The notes beneath the pieces are model-generated. The model was not told where the DNA came from, made no database searches, and saw only the letters and a list, made by a program, of their open reading frames with translations. The position numbers were made by a program, and so were the translations under genes. Positions 10,544-20,621 of a stretch of DNA of 64,000 bases are shown in pieces. Numbering within the stretch: the first letter of the stretch is position 1; each line of letters begins with the position of its first letter. This DNA is from an uncultured candidate division Zixibacteria bacterium. Lineage in GTDB: Bacteria > Zixibacteria > MSB-5A5 > UBA10806. Location: NCBI GenBank assembly GCA_963817915.1, contig CAWFQL010000016.1, forward strand, positions 390,094-454,093. The letters are read 5' to 3'.

Positions 10544-11089
10544 ATGAAAAAGAACATGATGATAATTACGATGTTTGGACTGATGGTACTTGCGGCTTCG
10601 AATGTCTGGTCGCAGTCGATTTTAAAAGCAGGAGATACCGTACCGCAATTCAGCCTGTCATTTGCCACCAAGGATGGTCTTGATCTCGGCGCCAAGATAG
10701 GACCGGATGTGATGAAGGGTAAAGTATTTCTAATTGCGTTTTATCCGGCGGATTGGTCGGGGGGATGCACCAAGGAATTTTGCACTTATCGAGACAACTA
10801 CAAAGCATTCGAGGATTTCGGAGTCCAGGTCTTGATGATATCGGGAGATTATGTTTATGCACATCAGCAATGGGCTAAGGAACAAAATTTCCCGTTTTAT
10901 TTGCTTTCGGATCATAAGCATGATGTGGCGAGAGAATTCGGAGTCTATAATGAAGCGACGGGCTATAATGTTCGTTCGGTATTTTTGATTAGCAAGGATG
11001 GGCGAATCGCTTACATGAATCCGAAATATTCGGTACAGGATGACAAAGATTTTGATGCCTTGAAAGAGGCCATAAGAACCCTAAAGTAG
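10544..11089 (+). CDS. Peroxiredoxin (Bcp/AhpE-like) with signal peptide
   Basis: FYPADWSGGCTKEFC peroxidatic motif, LLSD and RSVFLI..DG. Confidence 0.85.
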   Translation: MKKNMMIITMFGLMVLAASNVWSQSILKAGDTVPQFSLSFATKDGLDLGAKIGPDVMKGKVFLIAFYPADWSGGCTKEFCTYRDNYKAFEDFGVQVLMISGDYVYAHQQWAKEQNFPFYLLSDHKHDVAREFGVYNEATGYNVRSVFLISKDGRIAYMNPKYSVQDDKDFDALKEAIRTLK

Positions 11090-11130
11090 GTCCCACCACC
11101 CACTTTTTTTAGGGTATGCAACTACCCACA

Positions 11131-11160
11131 AAAGGGCGGACCCCAAAGCCGCCCTTTCTT
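11131..11160. terminator. Bidirectional terminator
   Basis: AAAGGGCGG...CCGCCCTTT between convergent genes. Confidence 0.6.
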
Positions 11161-11161
11161 A

Positions 11162-11863
11162 TTATCCGCAAATTATGAAAAGTCTGCTCCAGAAATATTT
11201 GCCTACAATCGGTACGAATCTAATCAAATCGACTGGATATAATATACGGACATAATGCGGAAAATTGATCGTCTTGATATTACTGAAACCGAGTTCGGCA
11301 AGAATTCTCTCGTATTGTTTTGACGTTCTCACCCCGATATGCTCCGGATGAGTTCTAAGTATATTATGAGCCTTGAGTATTTCGAGAAAATATTCCCTGT
11401 TGGGCGTGTGTATATAGAGCTCTCCGCCGTCCTTCAAAATTCTATTTAGCCCTGAAAACAATGCTATAAATTCATTGTCATATATATGCTCTACAAAATC
11501 GAGCGCGAATATCTTATCGAATGATTTATCGGGCTGTTTGCTGACGAAATCTATAATGTCCTCGCAAGTGAAATGGGCGTTAACAACATTCATCTTTTCT
11601 GCTCTCTCTTTGGCGACTTTGATAAAATCCTCGGAGAAATCTACCCCTATGTACGAGCCGATTTTGTCACGGATATAATCAAGCAAAAGGGCGTTGCCGC
11701 AGCCGATATCAAGTACCCGGTCGTTGGGTCGAAGATTCATATACTTTAGCAATCGTTTGATTCGCCTGTAGTCGCGAACATGATACTTGGCGACATATTC
11801 GGCGCCGTAGATGCTCTTTAGTTGATTCGGTGTGAGTCTCGTATTTTCAGCAGGGCTTTTCAT
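11162..11863 (-). CDS. Class I SAM-dependent methyltransferase
   Basis: VLDIGCGNA, FVEHI, LKDGG..IHTPN. Confidence 0.85.
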   Translation of the reverse strand: MKSPAENTRLTPNQLKSIYGAEYVAKYHVRDYRRIKRLLKYMNLRPNDRVLDIGCGNALLLDYIRDKIGSYIGVDFSEDFIKVAKERAEKMNVVNAHFTCEDIIDFVSKQPDKSFDKIFALDFVEHIYDNEFIALFSGLNRILKDGGELYIHTPNREYFLEILKAHNILRTHPEHIGVRTSKQYERILAELGFSNIKTINFPHYVRILYPVDLIRFVPIVGKYFWSRLFIICG

Positions 11864-11972
11864 GTTATTATTCAATATAATCATTTTTAGAACTACTGGA
11901 AACCCATAATAATTCTATTTTAATGTTGCTTTTGGGATGGTTTAATTTTTAAATGAACTGGGGTCGGTATTT

Positions 11973-12353
11973 ATGTCAATTATGGCGACATTGGATATTT
12001 TGATGTTTGCTCATGATGATCATTTCATTAAGGCTATGAAGTCCATATTCACTCTTCATCGCCTCAGCGTTATTAGCAAACCCCACAAATTAATGAATAC
12101 TGAATTTGTCAGGAATTTACTTAGTGAAAATATTTACGACACGGTAATCTTTTCCAATTATGGTATTCCCATATCGTTGGTTAAAGAGCATGTAAGGCAA
12201 ATGCCGGAATCGAATAAATTAAGGGCTATAATGATCACCGGTTTTATCGATAACTTTGTCGAGGAAACCTGCAGGAAATACAATATTAGATTAATTAGGG
12301 CGCCATTCGAACTTTCCGACCTATTTGACGCTATTGATACAACCTTGAATTAA
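11973..12353 (+). CDS. Hypothetical protein, degenerate receiver-like fold
   Basis: YDTVIFS, IMITGF and IRAPFEL resemble the CheY-like pattern, but the conserved Asp and Lys are missing. Confidence 0.5.
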   Translation: MSIMATLDILMFAHDDHFIKAMKSIFTLHRLSVISKPHKLMNTEFVRNLLSENIYDTVIFSNYGIPISLVKEHVRQMPESNKLRAIMITGFIDNFVEETCRKYNIRLIRAPFELSDLFDAIDTTLN

Positions 12354-12366
12354 GCCAGGAGTTTCA

Positions 12367-13011
12367 ATGAAATACACTGAACGAGCCCATAAGAAATTCG
12401 CAAGTGAATGGGACAAGATGCTTTCGCATAAATTTATTGTCGAACTCGCGAATAATCGCCTGCCGGATGAGACATTCGATTTCTGGGCTATGCAGGATTA
12501 TATACTTGTGCGAGAGGCGATCAGGTTTTTCTCGGTCCTGATGGCTCGATTCCCGCGCAAATACCAGATACCATTTCAGCAATCATTGGCGGGGCTCGAA
12601 AACGAGCTCAAGATATTCGCAGATTACTCGGCCAAACGGGGATTCGATCTGAATAAGGTCGAACCAACTCCGATATGTCATGGATACAACAGCTTCCTTT
12701 TATCGTCGGCCTACCATGAGGATATCGATGCCAATTTTGTTATTCTATATACGGCCGAGAAGGCATACCAGGAAGCCTGGAAGATTGTCCGCGCCGGAAT
12801 CAGGAAGCGAACACCGTACGAATCATTTATCGAAAACTGGGCTGGCGATGGTTTCAAGCAGTATGTCGAATGGCTTGCTGTCGAGCTAAATTCCATGACC
12901 GATGGCTATCCTGAATCGCGTCTGGCCAAGCTCGATGATATATTTCTGCTGACAGTTCGTTATGAATATCAATTCTGGGAGATGGCGTTCAGCGGCCAGC
13001 AATGGATGTAA
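12367..13011 (+). CDS. TenA/THI-4 family protein
   Basis: H.FI..L..., QDY, FIENW...F and E..FWEMA motifs. Confidence 0.85.
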   Translation: MKYTERAHKKFASEWDKMLSHKFIVELANNRLPDETFDFWAMQDYILVREAIRFFSVLMARFPRKYQIPFQQSLAGLENELKIFADYSAKRGFDLNKVEPTPICHGYNSFLLSSAYHEDIDANFVILYTAEKAYQEAWKIVRAGIRKRTPYESFIENWAGDGFKQYVEWLAVELNSMTDGYPESRLAKLDDIFLLTVRYEYQFWEMAFSGQQWM

Positions 13012-13049
13012 ATAGGTGGCGTCGGGTCTCTGCACCTGACGCTTATTTA

Positions 13050-13595
13050 TTATAACGTAAATATCAACGCCCGGCTGATACTAACCTTAATTTCTTTGAA
13101 GTGCATAAATCCGACCGCTTTGGCAATCTCGACCGTCTTCTCCCAGTCTTTCTTCCCGACATGCATTTTGGGCTCGACCATCATAAATTTCGCGCCCGGC
13201 TTTAATAGCGCGGTTACCTGGCGCAGCAACCCATCTTTGTCAGGCACTTCATGCACCATCCAGAATGCCAAAACGAAATCTGCCTTTTCATTCAGGTCCA
13301 GGGAATCCGCTTTGCATTGATGAGCCCGAATCCGCGATTGCAGGTTATGCTTGGCGGCGTTGGCCTTGACCATGTCGAGCATTTCGGGCTGAAGATCGAC
13401 TGAGATCACGCGGCCAGAATCGCCGACCATCTTCGCCAGGCCGATCGAGAAATACCCCGGCCCGCAACCGAGATCGATCGCGGTCTGGCCATCGGAAACA
13501 AGGCCGGCGAATATCTTCTCCGGCTTATGAAATAGCCGCCTTAGCGGCGTCATCAGCATTCCGGCATGCGTCGCCGGGCAAACATCTGGGGACAT
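13050..13595 (-). CDS. Class I SAM-dependent methyltransferase
   Basis: DLGCGPGYFS, VDLQPEML and HEVPD. Confidence 0.85.
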   Translation of the reverse strand: MSPDVCPATHAGMLMTPLRRLFHKPEKIFAGLVSDGQTAIDLGCGPGYFSIGLAKMVGDSGRVISVDLQPEMLDMVKANAAKHNLQSRIRAHQCKADSLDLNEKADFVLAFWMVHEVPDKDGLLRQVTALLKPGAKFMMVEPKMHVGKKDWEKTVEIAKAVGFMHFKEIKVSISRALIFTL

Positions 13596-13628
13596 GGGAG
13601 CTATCCTTTTAATTTAAAATGATTAAAA

Positions 13629-15365
13629 TTATTGCCAACCATATTTCTTGGCTATCAATATCGGCGGGATCATGCCCTCCGACAATATCTTAGCATGAAA
13701 CGCTTTTAAACTAAAACTCTTCCTTTCTTTAGCTATGGCTTTCTGGCGCATATCGATCAAAAGAAATCGACCCAGCACATAAGATAAATTATGCGTGGGC
13801 TCAACGCACATATAGTATTGACCCTTATAGTCAGTCGAATCCGGACCAAGGGTATCTACAATGAATGCGCGCACTGAATCAGTCGACATTTTGCCAGTAT
13901 GAACCTTGATATCAACAATTGCTCCAATGGCATAACCGCGAAGCTCTTTATAATAGAAATATGGGATTTGCGGATCATCGCCAAAGAATCCGCGATTCAT
14001 CAAGAGCTCTTTAATATATAACTCCCAGCCATGAATCATCATATCGTTTTCTTGAATTTTACGGAAGTTTGATGCGATCCTGCCCGCCATTTGAGTCAAT
14101 AAATGGCGCCCGGGCAGAATTGAGGTGATAATATCTTCCCGAAAAGCTGCGCTCATATCATTAGGAGGCAACCCCTCCCCATTGCCAGAATAAGCGAAAT
14201 CAAGGTTCCTATAATAATATCCTGTTTGATTTCTGTCAAAAATTCCCGGCGGTTCGTAGAAGTCGCGAGTAATACCTGCATGATTCAGATATGCGGGCAA
14301 ATCTATAAAGGCGCATTTCGAAATACTGTCAGGCACGGTTATAATATTCTCTTTTTCCAGGTATTCTTTAATATAGTCGACTTCTTTTTCGCATCGGAAT
14401 ATTAGGGAATCATCATCAAGGCGGTATAGAACGTCGTCGTGAAAAAATCTGCCAAAAGTGGTATCCTCTGGCGGCATCTTTGCCTTCTCGATTTTAGCCA
14501 AAGAATCAGCCCACTGAAATGTCATTTCTGACAATTTGAGTAAAGAATCTGAATTGAATTCTATTGAATAGGCGTTGGAAATCAAAAACTCAAAATTCTC
14601 TTTTCCCAAAACGATATTTGAATCGGCTTGAGGCAGTATTTTTTGAACAAATTCAATATAATCATTCAGAGCAAATACGGCCCTGTCTCTCAGGGTCGAG
14701 ATTTCGCCATTTTCATCAGGAAAGCTATCAACGAGAATGTCACTATATTCTTTTATTAAATCCCTTGCCTGAAATATGGAATGCACAGAAAAATAACATG
14801 AATAAATATTAGGCTTAACTATGTTTGGTTTTGACGATTCTAAAAATTGCGGAATCCCCCGTATCCTACCCAGGAATGATCGACTGCGTTGATCAAACGA
14901 AGGATATTGGCGAGTTTCAAGAGGAAAGATCCCCGATAGTATTTCCCAAATATAAATCATTGGAGACATCCGCCACGTCGGGTAGTCTCGTATGAAAAAT
15001 TTGCCATACCTCGTGCTTGATGTCATAATGGAATAATCGATTTGATCGTCAATTGGCCATCCGGTAGTGTCATAGCTTTCTATAATTGATAGTTCTTTGT
15101 TCATTTCATCAAGACAACTCATCATGCTTGAAGCGGAAGGATTTGACCAAAGGCTGTCACGGTCATGATGTCCATTCAAAGTAGCCATCACAGGATAAAT
15201 ATCTTCATAAAATTTTTGAATACTATCCGCAAAGATCCGAAATTCCGCTGGATCGGTAGCTTTTGCGATTTGAAAAACAAAAAAGTAGGAAAATATAAAT
15301 ACCGAAGCGCAAATTGCTTTGAAATTCTTGAAATAACTTTCTAACTTACTTTTTCTCATAAGCAT
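13629..15365 (-). CDS. DUF885 family protein
   Basis: YEPPG, PGRH, GWELY, IVDIKVH, SYVLG and FSLKAFHAKILSEGMIP pattern. Confidence 0.75.
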   Translation of the reverse strand: MLMRKSKLESYFKNFKAICASVFIFSYFFVFQIAKATDPAEFRIFADSIQKFYEDIYPVMATLNGHHDRDSLWSNPSASSMMSCLDEMNKELSIIESYDTTGWPIDDQIDYSIMTSSTRYGKFFIRDYPTWRMSPMIYIWEILSGIFPLETRQYPSFDQRSRSFLGRIRGIPQFLESSKPNIVKPNIYSCYFSVHSIFQARDLIKEYSDILVDSFPDENGEISTLRDRAVFALNDYIEFVQKILPQADSNIVLGKENFEFLISNAYSIEFNSDSLLKLSEMTFQWADSLAKIEKAKMPPEDTTFGRFFHDDVLYRLDDDSLIFRCEKEVDYIKEYLEKENIITVPDSISKCAFIDLPAYLNHAGITRDFYEPPGIFDRNQTGYYYRNLDFAYSGNGEGLPPNDMSAAFREDIITSILPGRHLLTQMAGRIASNFRKIQENDMMIHGWELYIKELLMNRGFFGDDPQIPYFYYKELRGYAIGAIVDIKVHTGKMSTDSVRAFIVDTLGPDSTDYKGQYYMCVEPTHNLSYVLGRFLLIDMRQKAIAKERKSFSLKAFHAKILSEGMIPPILIAKKYGWQ

Positions 15366-17269
15366 TATTTTTTGAAATTCAATATTTCCAGCGAGCTGTT
15401 TTCCGGAACATAAATTGTTTTGCCCTGTACCATTAAATGCTCGCAGAAATGGCTTCCGGTAAAATAATTAGCAATCAATTTAGGATCGCTAATATCCTTA
15501 ATATCCATAACATAAATCCCTCCCTTGGATCGACTTTGGAGTAAAAAAAGATTCTGTTCTTTCACTTTGACAGCTTCGAATTGAAAATCATAAGAATCCG
15601 TAGAGTCTTTTTCAAGTTTGTATTTTGAGGCTAGGATGGGGTTGGACATATCCGAAACATCTATTACGAAAAGACCCTTTACCGCGTCCGCAAGGAATAC
15701 TATAGAACCTGAAACATCTATTCCGGAAGCGTACTGCGTGTCATAGCTCGACTGGAAATTCGGCTTTGTCTTATCGCTAATATCAAATATCTGCATGCCT
15801 GAATATTCGCATGCCATATAAGCGAAATTACCTTGAACAACTATATCCATAGCAGGAGAGGTCGTCCTAATTTTCCCAACGATATTCGGATGTGCGGGTG
15901 TTGATATATCTACTATTAAAAGCCCCGCGTCATTCGCGGCCAAATAAGCATAGCCTTCTTTCACGAATATGCTTGTTAGTCTATCCGGGGTTTCCATGCT
16001 GCCAATGATTCTTGGATTGGATGGATTTGCGACATCAACCATCAGGAGCCCCTCGCTACCCATGGTTATATAGGCAATTGATTTGTCCACTACTATCCGG
16101 TCTGCTTTTCTATAGACATCCAGAAACTCTTTAGAACCCAATTCCAAATGCCCGATTAGATCGTTATTTCTTGGTCTTTTCAAGCCTAGGATGATAAGGC
16201 CAAAATCCTCTGCCGTGACATAGGCGATGTCATCCACGACGGCGACATCTTTTATTCCTCTTGGCGGGGCAAACAATCCTTTAATTTCAGGGCTTAAAAC
16301 ATTGGAGATATTCATTATCAAAATCTGAGCGTCCTTATTAATAATATAAGCCTTATCATCTTCGAAAGAAATACGCCAGAATACCATACTGTCGGCAGCT
16401 GTTTCAATTAATTTTGGATTCGATGGGGCATTTATATCGAATACCTTAATTGTTCGATTGCTGCCCGGGGAGATAAATGCATAGTTTCCATAAACGAAAA
16501 TGCTGCCATGCCCATCGTTTACAATTTCTGCTTGTCCCGCCAATTTGAGGTTATTCGGATCGCTAATATCCTGGACTAACAAGCCATAGCCGCCATCGAA
16601 AACGAAAGCATAATTGCCCTTGATTACTATAGAGGTAGCCTTTCCTTTAGTATAATAGCTCCCCAATGATTTTGGGGAAGAAGGATCCGTAATGTCGAGC
16701 ATTTCAATGTAGCGGCTTTGGCCCTTAAAATAATCGTCACTTCCTATCCCGATTAGTACATATTTATCGTTAGCCGCGATAGACTGTATTTCCCCGTTAG
16801 TGGCATATGATCCGATTTTTTGCGGTTTTGAAGGATCGTTGATATCGATTATTAGTAAACCTGATTCCTTGTCGGATATAAAGGCCAATGATCCTTTCAA
16901 AAAAACACTACGTATATCGCGAGCATCTTTATAATAAGCCATTACCTTAGGTTTTTTCGGATTGGAAATATCAATAATGGGAAGGCCATCATCGACATTT
17001 GATACGATCGCATAATTGCCGTCAATCGCTATGTCGTGGCACCAGCCATTTAGTTGACATTGACCGATCGGTATAGGGCGGTCTGCGTTTGAGCAATCCA
17101 GCACCATGAGGCCGGCATCGTTGGTGCAATAGGCGATACGATTTATTACTGTTATTGCGAAAAAATTGTTCGATGCTGTCGATCCCAGATGTTCAATTTC
17201 CGAGGCATATAAACTCGGCATAATTAGCCACATTATCAAAATTGATAATTGTATCATCGTTTTTTTCAT
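15365..17269 (-). CDS. LVIVD-repeat secreted protein
   Basis: More than 10 repeats of G.YAY.A....GL.IIDIS.P..P, with a signal peptide. Confidence 0.9.
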   Translation of the reverse strand: MKKTMIQLSILIMWLIMPSLYASEIEHLGSTASNNFFAITVINRIAYCTNDAGLMVLDCSNADRPIPIGQCQLNGWCHDIAIDGNYAIVSNVDDGLPIIDISNPKKPKVMAYYKDARDIRSVFLKGSLAFISDKESGLLIIDINDPSKPQKIGSYATNGEIQSIAANDKYVLIGIGSDDYFKGQSRYIEMLDITDPSSPKSLGSYYTKGKATSIVIKGNYAFVFDGGYGLLVQDISDPNNLKLAGQAEIVNDGHGSIFVYGNYAFISPGSNRTIKVFDINAPSNPKLIETAADSMVFWRISFEDDKAYIINKDAQILIMNISNVLSPEIKGLFAPPRGIKDVAVVDDIAYVTAEDFGLIILGLKRPRNNDLIGHLELGSKEFLDVYRKADRIVVDKSIAYITMGSEGLLMVDVANPSNPRIIGSMETPDRLTSIFVKEGYAYLAANDAGLLIVDISTPAHPNIVGKIRTTSPAMDIVVQGNFAYMACEYSGMQIFDISDKTKPNFQSSYDTQYASGIDVSGSIVFLADAVKGLFVIDVSDMSNPILASKYKLEKDSTDSYDFQFEAVKVKEQNLFLLQSRSKGGIYVMDIKDISDPKLIANYFTGSHFCEHLMVQGKTIYVPENSSLEILNFKK

Positions 17270-17447
17270 TTTAATTTATTTTTTGGCGACAATAACATCT
17301 CGGTACGCAAATATATATACTATTAAATAGAAAAAATATTCCATTATAATTTTTGTTTATAAAAGATTAGGTCTAATTTTTGCAGTATCCTGCAATAAGA
17401 ATTTTCAAAATTAGATAATGATTTATTGAAGGTCAATCAGGAAGTGC

Positions 17448-18440
17448 TTACTCCCCCACATCCTTTAGCAGTCTATCGACTATTTCGAGTGTGCCGACGC
17501 TATCGGCCTCGGCGGAAAAGGAGGTTACGATTCTATGGCGCAAAACCGGACGAGCCACGGCGCGGATATCCTCAATCGATGGTGTCGGACGGCCATATAA
17601 AATCGCGCGAGTCTTAGCGCCAAGCACCAGATATTGCGAGGCTCTCGGCCCGGCGCCCCAGCTGACCCAATTCTTGATATAATCCGATGAGCTTTCCACC
17701 GGACGAGTAGCGCGCGCCAATTTCACTGCATAAGCGATAATACTATCGGCGACCGGCACCCGTCTGACCAGGTCCTGCAATTCCATGACCTCATCGGCCT
17801 TCATGACCTTCTCGGCCGCCGATACATAAGCCGATGTTGTCGTGCGCACGATCTCATTTTCCTCGGCCTCGGATGGATAATCGACATATATATTGAACAT
17901 GAAACGATCCAATTGCGCTTCCGGCAATGGATAGGTGCCTTCCTGCTCGATCGGGTTTTGTGTGGCTAATACGAAAAATGGCTTTTCGAGCTTGTGGGTC
18001 GCGCCCGCGGCAGTCACTTCGTTTTCCTGCATCGCCTGAAGTAGAGCCGATTGCGTTTTCGGCGGAGTACGGTTGATTTCATCGGCCAATACGATATTGG
18101 CAAATACCGGCCCGCGCACGAAACGAAACTCGCGCGTCCCCGACGCCCTATTCTCCTCGATTAGCTCTGTGCCGGTGATATCCGACGGCATCAGGTCCGG
18201 CGTGAACTGGATTCGCGAGAATTTCAGGTCGAGCGTTTTCGCCAATGTCGATATCAGCAATGTTTTCGCCAGCCCCGGCACGCCGACCAAAAGGCAATGT
18301 CCTCTGGCCAGAATCGCGACCAGCATCTGCTCGATTACCTGGTCTTGCCCGACAATCACCTTGCCGATTTCCGATTTTATCCGTTTGTACCCCTCGTTGA
18401 GTCTTTCTACAGCCTTAAGATCGCTTTTTTCGGCGCTCAT
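17448..18440 (-). CDS. moxR: MoxR family AAA+ ATPase
   Basis: GVPGLAKT, RIQFTPDLMPSDITG, ADEINRTPPKTQSALL, ATQNPIEQEGTYPLPEAQLDRF. Confidence 0.95.
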   Translation of the reverse strand: MSAEKSDLKAVERLNEGYKRIKSEIGKVIVGQDQVIEQMLVAILARGHCLLVGVPGLAKTLLISTLAKTLDLKFSRIQFTPDLMPSDITGTELIEENRASGTREFRFVRGPVFANIVLADEINRTPPKTQSALLQAMQENEVTAAGATHKLEKPFFVLATQNPIEQEGTYPLPEAQLDRFMFNIYVDYPSEAEENEIVRTTTSAYVSAAEKVMKADEVMELQDLVRRVPVADSIIAYAVKLARATRPVESSSDYIKNWVSWGAGPRASQYLVLGAKTRAILYGRPTPSIEDIRAVARPVLRHRIVTSFSAEADSVGTLEIVDRLLKDVGE

Positions 18441-18488
18441 CTATCCTCCAGTCGACTTGATATCGAAATTACTGTTCCTATTTCCTTT

Positions 18489-18655
18489 GTAGGTCGCGGT
18501 TTGAGTCCGCCCCGGACGAAAACCCGACATCTTTCCTAAATTACCTTTTGTCGGGTTTTTCAAACCCGACCTACTGCTCCCTATTGCAGTGTTCGTAGTT
18601 CTTATTTCTTTTGTAGCTCAGTGTCTGATCCGCCGAAGGCGGAGAAGACCCGACA
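18489..18655. repeat. REP cluster 3' of RAYT (three GTAG palindromes)
   Basis: GTAGGTCGCGGTTTGA-GTCCG..CGGAC-GAAAACCCGAC at 18489, the inverted TGTCGGGTTTTTCAAACCCGACCTAC at 18549, and a degenerate copy at 18613. Confidence 0.85.
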
Positions 18656-18660
18656 ATTTG

Positions 18661-19140
18661 TTATTCCCCAAAATCACCACTAAATTTTACTTCACTTACA
18701 ACTCCCCAATTTCGCTCATATTTCCCATCTTCATAATACTTCATTAAAGAAGAATACCTATATTCAAATGGATCCTTTGACATTCCATGTCCGACAGGAT
18801 TAAAATGAATATAATCAATATGATTATTCATATCGTTTTGATCGCGAATAATATGGTCCCAAAATCGATTTTGCCAAACCTTGCCAGGGCGATATTGGCG
18901 GCGGAATTCCAATGAATATTTTGTCTTAAACGAATGTATAATTTGGGAAATAGAGATGTCGTCTATTTTTATTATCAGATGAAAATGATCCGGCATAATG
19001 ACCCAAGCCTCTAACGTGCTACCGGCCCAACTGCTCCAGAAAAGGTCGATATTTAAATGCAGGATGGCTTCTCTTTTAAACGTGACATTGGTTATAAAAT
19101 AATAAGTATTTCTAATGTCGAATCTTCGTAGCGTCTTCAT
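18661..19140 (-). mobile_element. REP-associated tyrosine transposase (RAYT/TnpA-REP, Y1 HUH family)
   Basis: YFIT, MPDHFH (HUH), WQNRFWDHIIRD, YIHFNP (catalytic Tyr) and YSS. GTAG-REPs flank both sides. Confidence 0.92.
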
Positions 19141-19151
19141 GCTTAACCTTT

Positions 19152-19317
19152 TGTCGGGTTTTTCAAACCCGACCTACGACTCCCTAAAATCTGATTGCCT
19201 GTCTGATTTCCTGTGTAGGTCGCGGTTTGAGTCCGGCGCCTGCCGGACGAAAACCCGACAATTCTTTTATTATTCTTCTTTATTCACTTGTTGTCGGGTT
19301 TTTCAAACCCGACCTAC
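19152..19317. repeat. REP cluster 5' of RAYT
   Basis: TGTCGGGTTTTTCAAACCCGACCTAC at 19152 and 19292, and an extended GTAG copy at 19215-19260. Confidence 0.85.
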
Positions 19318-19468
19318 GGCTCCTTATCAATGGCACAATTGGCCGAAATCAAAAATTCCGGCATTGTCTATTATACGCAATTGTAGGGGAAATGGAAAAG
19401 GTATTATGGAGGTTTTAAATCAATATTCTGGCGGATTAATTCAAGGAAAACGATATTACAATAAGGTT

Positions 19469-20170
19469 CTATTTTTTTAAAGAATCGACTTTCGCCAGCC
19501 CCACCGTGCCGTCTTTCTCCAACGTTGCAAAAAGCGTATCGGCCTTTTCGGTGGTCACATAATCTGTGGCGAATGTATCTATAGACGCGAACCATCTAAA
19601 ATACTTGGAATCCCGAAACAATTCATATGCCATGCTGCCGCCGCCCTCGAGCTCGTTGTGATGAAGCAAAGCTCCAGTCGTATTTGGCGGAATACGCTTC
19701 AAGAAGCGGCTGTCAAATGATGTTGTCTTGTAACATCGCGCGGGCAAACCGAAAATACCATTGGCGAATTTGAAATTTATGATTTCACCATCGAAACGCC
19801 AGGAGTCGCCCGATAGAAAGAAAACATTCTCGATTACGCTAGTATCGGGAGTCGCCGGCTTATAATGAATCCTGAGCGAACGAACCGGATCGTTCATATT
19901 ATAAACTGTTATTTCGGCAATTGGGCCGGCGGTTTTCAACGGCCGATAATATTTAAGCTGTGACGAGAGCCAGAAAAAGCCCTGGGCTCCCACTATCGCA
20001 AGCAGCGCGACAATTATCAGAATCAGGCTGGCGCTTCTCGGCGGCTTGGTGTATGGCGGCGGATTATCGACATAGCGGATCCGCTTGATGACACGATTCA
20101 GCATATACGCCAATAGCAAAATCCCTGCTACAAACAGGATAATGCCATATAACGTTAGATGCGAACCCAT
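19469..20170 (-). CDS. Hypothetical membrane protein
   Basis: Two N-terminal TM helices, co-directional with the par operon. Confidence 0.65.
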   Translation of the reverse strand: MGSHLTLYGIILFVAGILLLAYMLNRVIKRIRYVDNPPPYTKPPRSASLILIIVALLAIVGAQGFFWLSSQLKYYRPLKTAGPIAEITVYNMNDPVRSLRIHYKPATPDTSVIENVFFLSGDSWRFDGEIINFKFANGIFGLPARCYKTTSFDSRFLKRIPPNTTGALLHHNELEGGGSMAYELFRDSKYFRWFASIDTFATDYVTTEKADTLFATLEKDGTVGLAKVDSLKK

Positions 20171-20184
20171 CAGGTGGACGCTCG

Positions 20185-20571
20185 CTATTTAGGTTGATCG
20201 TGTTTTGGGAATGCTAAATTCGGGCCTGACGATGAATCCTTCATCTTGGAGCTGCCATGAAACATGGCGCCATGCTCGACCAATAATGACTTGGATGTGA
20301 TATCACCAATTAATTCCGACTTCGCCTGCAATTCGACTTTTTCGGATGCGATGATATTTCCCTCGACCTTGCCGCCGATGATGATAGCCTTAGCCCTGAT
20401 TTCGGCCTTGACCACTCCCGTGGCTCCGACCGTAACGACATCATTGGAGATTAGCTTTCCAGTGACAAAGCCATCAATGCGGGTAGCGCCCTCGATGTCG
20501 ATCGATCCTTCGACCTTTGTACCTTTTCCGATTATGGTTTCCAGACGACCCTCACTTTTTGTACCGTTCAT
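20185..20571 (-). CDS. Bactofilin (polymer-forming cytoskeletal protein)
   Basis: TIIGKGTKVEGSI...RIDG.V.G...V.G.I.A...GDI....L.VE.GA.F.G. RBS GAGGGAG. Confidence 0.92.
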   Translation of the reverse strand: MNGTKSEGRLETIIGKGTKVEGSIDIEGATRIDGFVTGKLISNDVVTVGATGVVKAEIRAKAIIIGGKVEGNIIASEKVELQAKSELIGDITSKSLLVEHGAMFHGSSKMKDSSSGPNLAFPKHDQPK

Positions 20572-20621
20572 ATCTCCCTCTTTTTTAATTTCATTTTTTT
20601 CGAATCTTTTCAGCATCATAT

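Noticed and set aside
18489..18529. Hammerhead ribozyme (TGAGTCCG..CGGACGAAA)
   Set aside because: The CUGANGA core is absent (GGUUUGA), there is no three-stem arrangement, and the sequence is explained as a REP variant.
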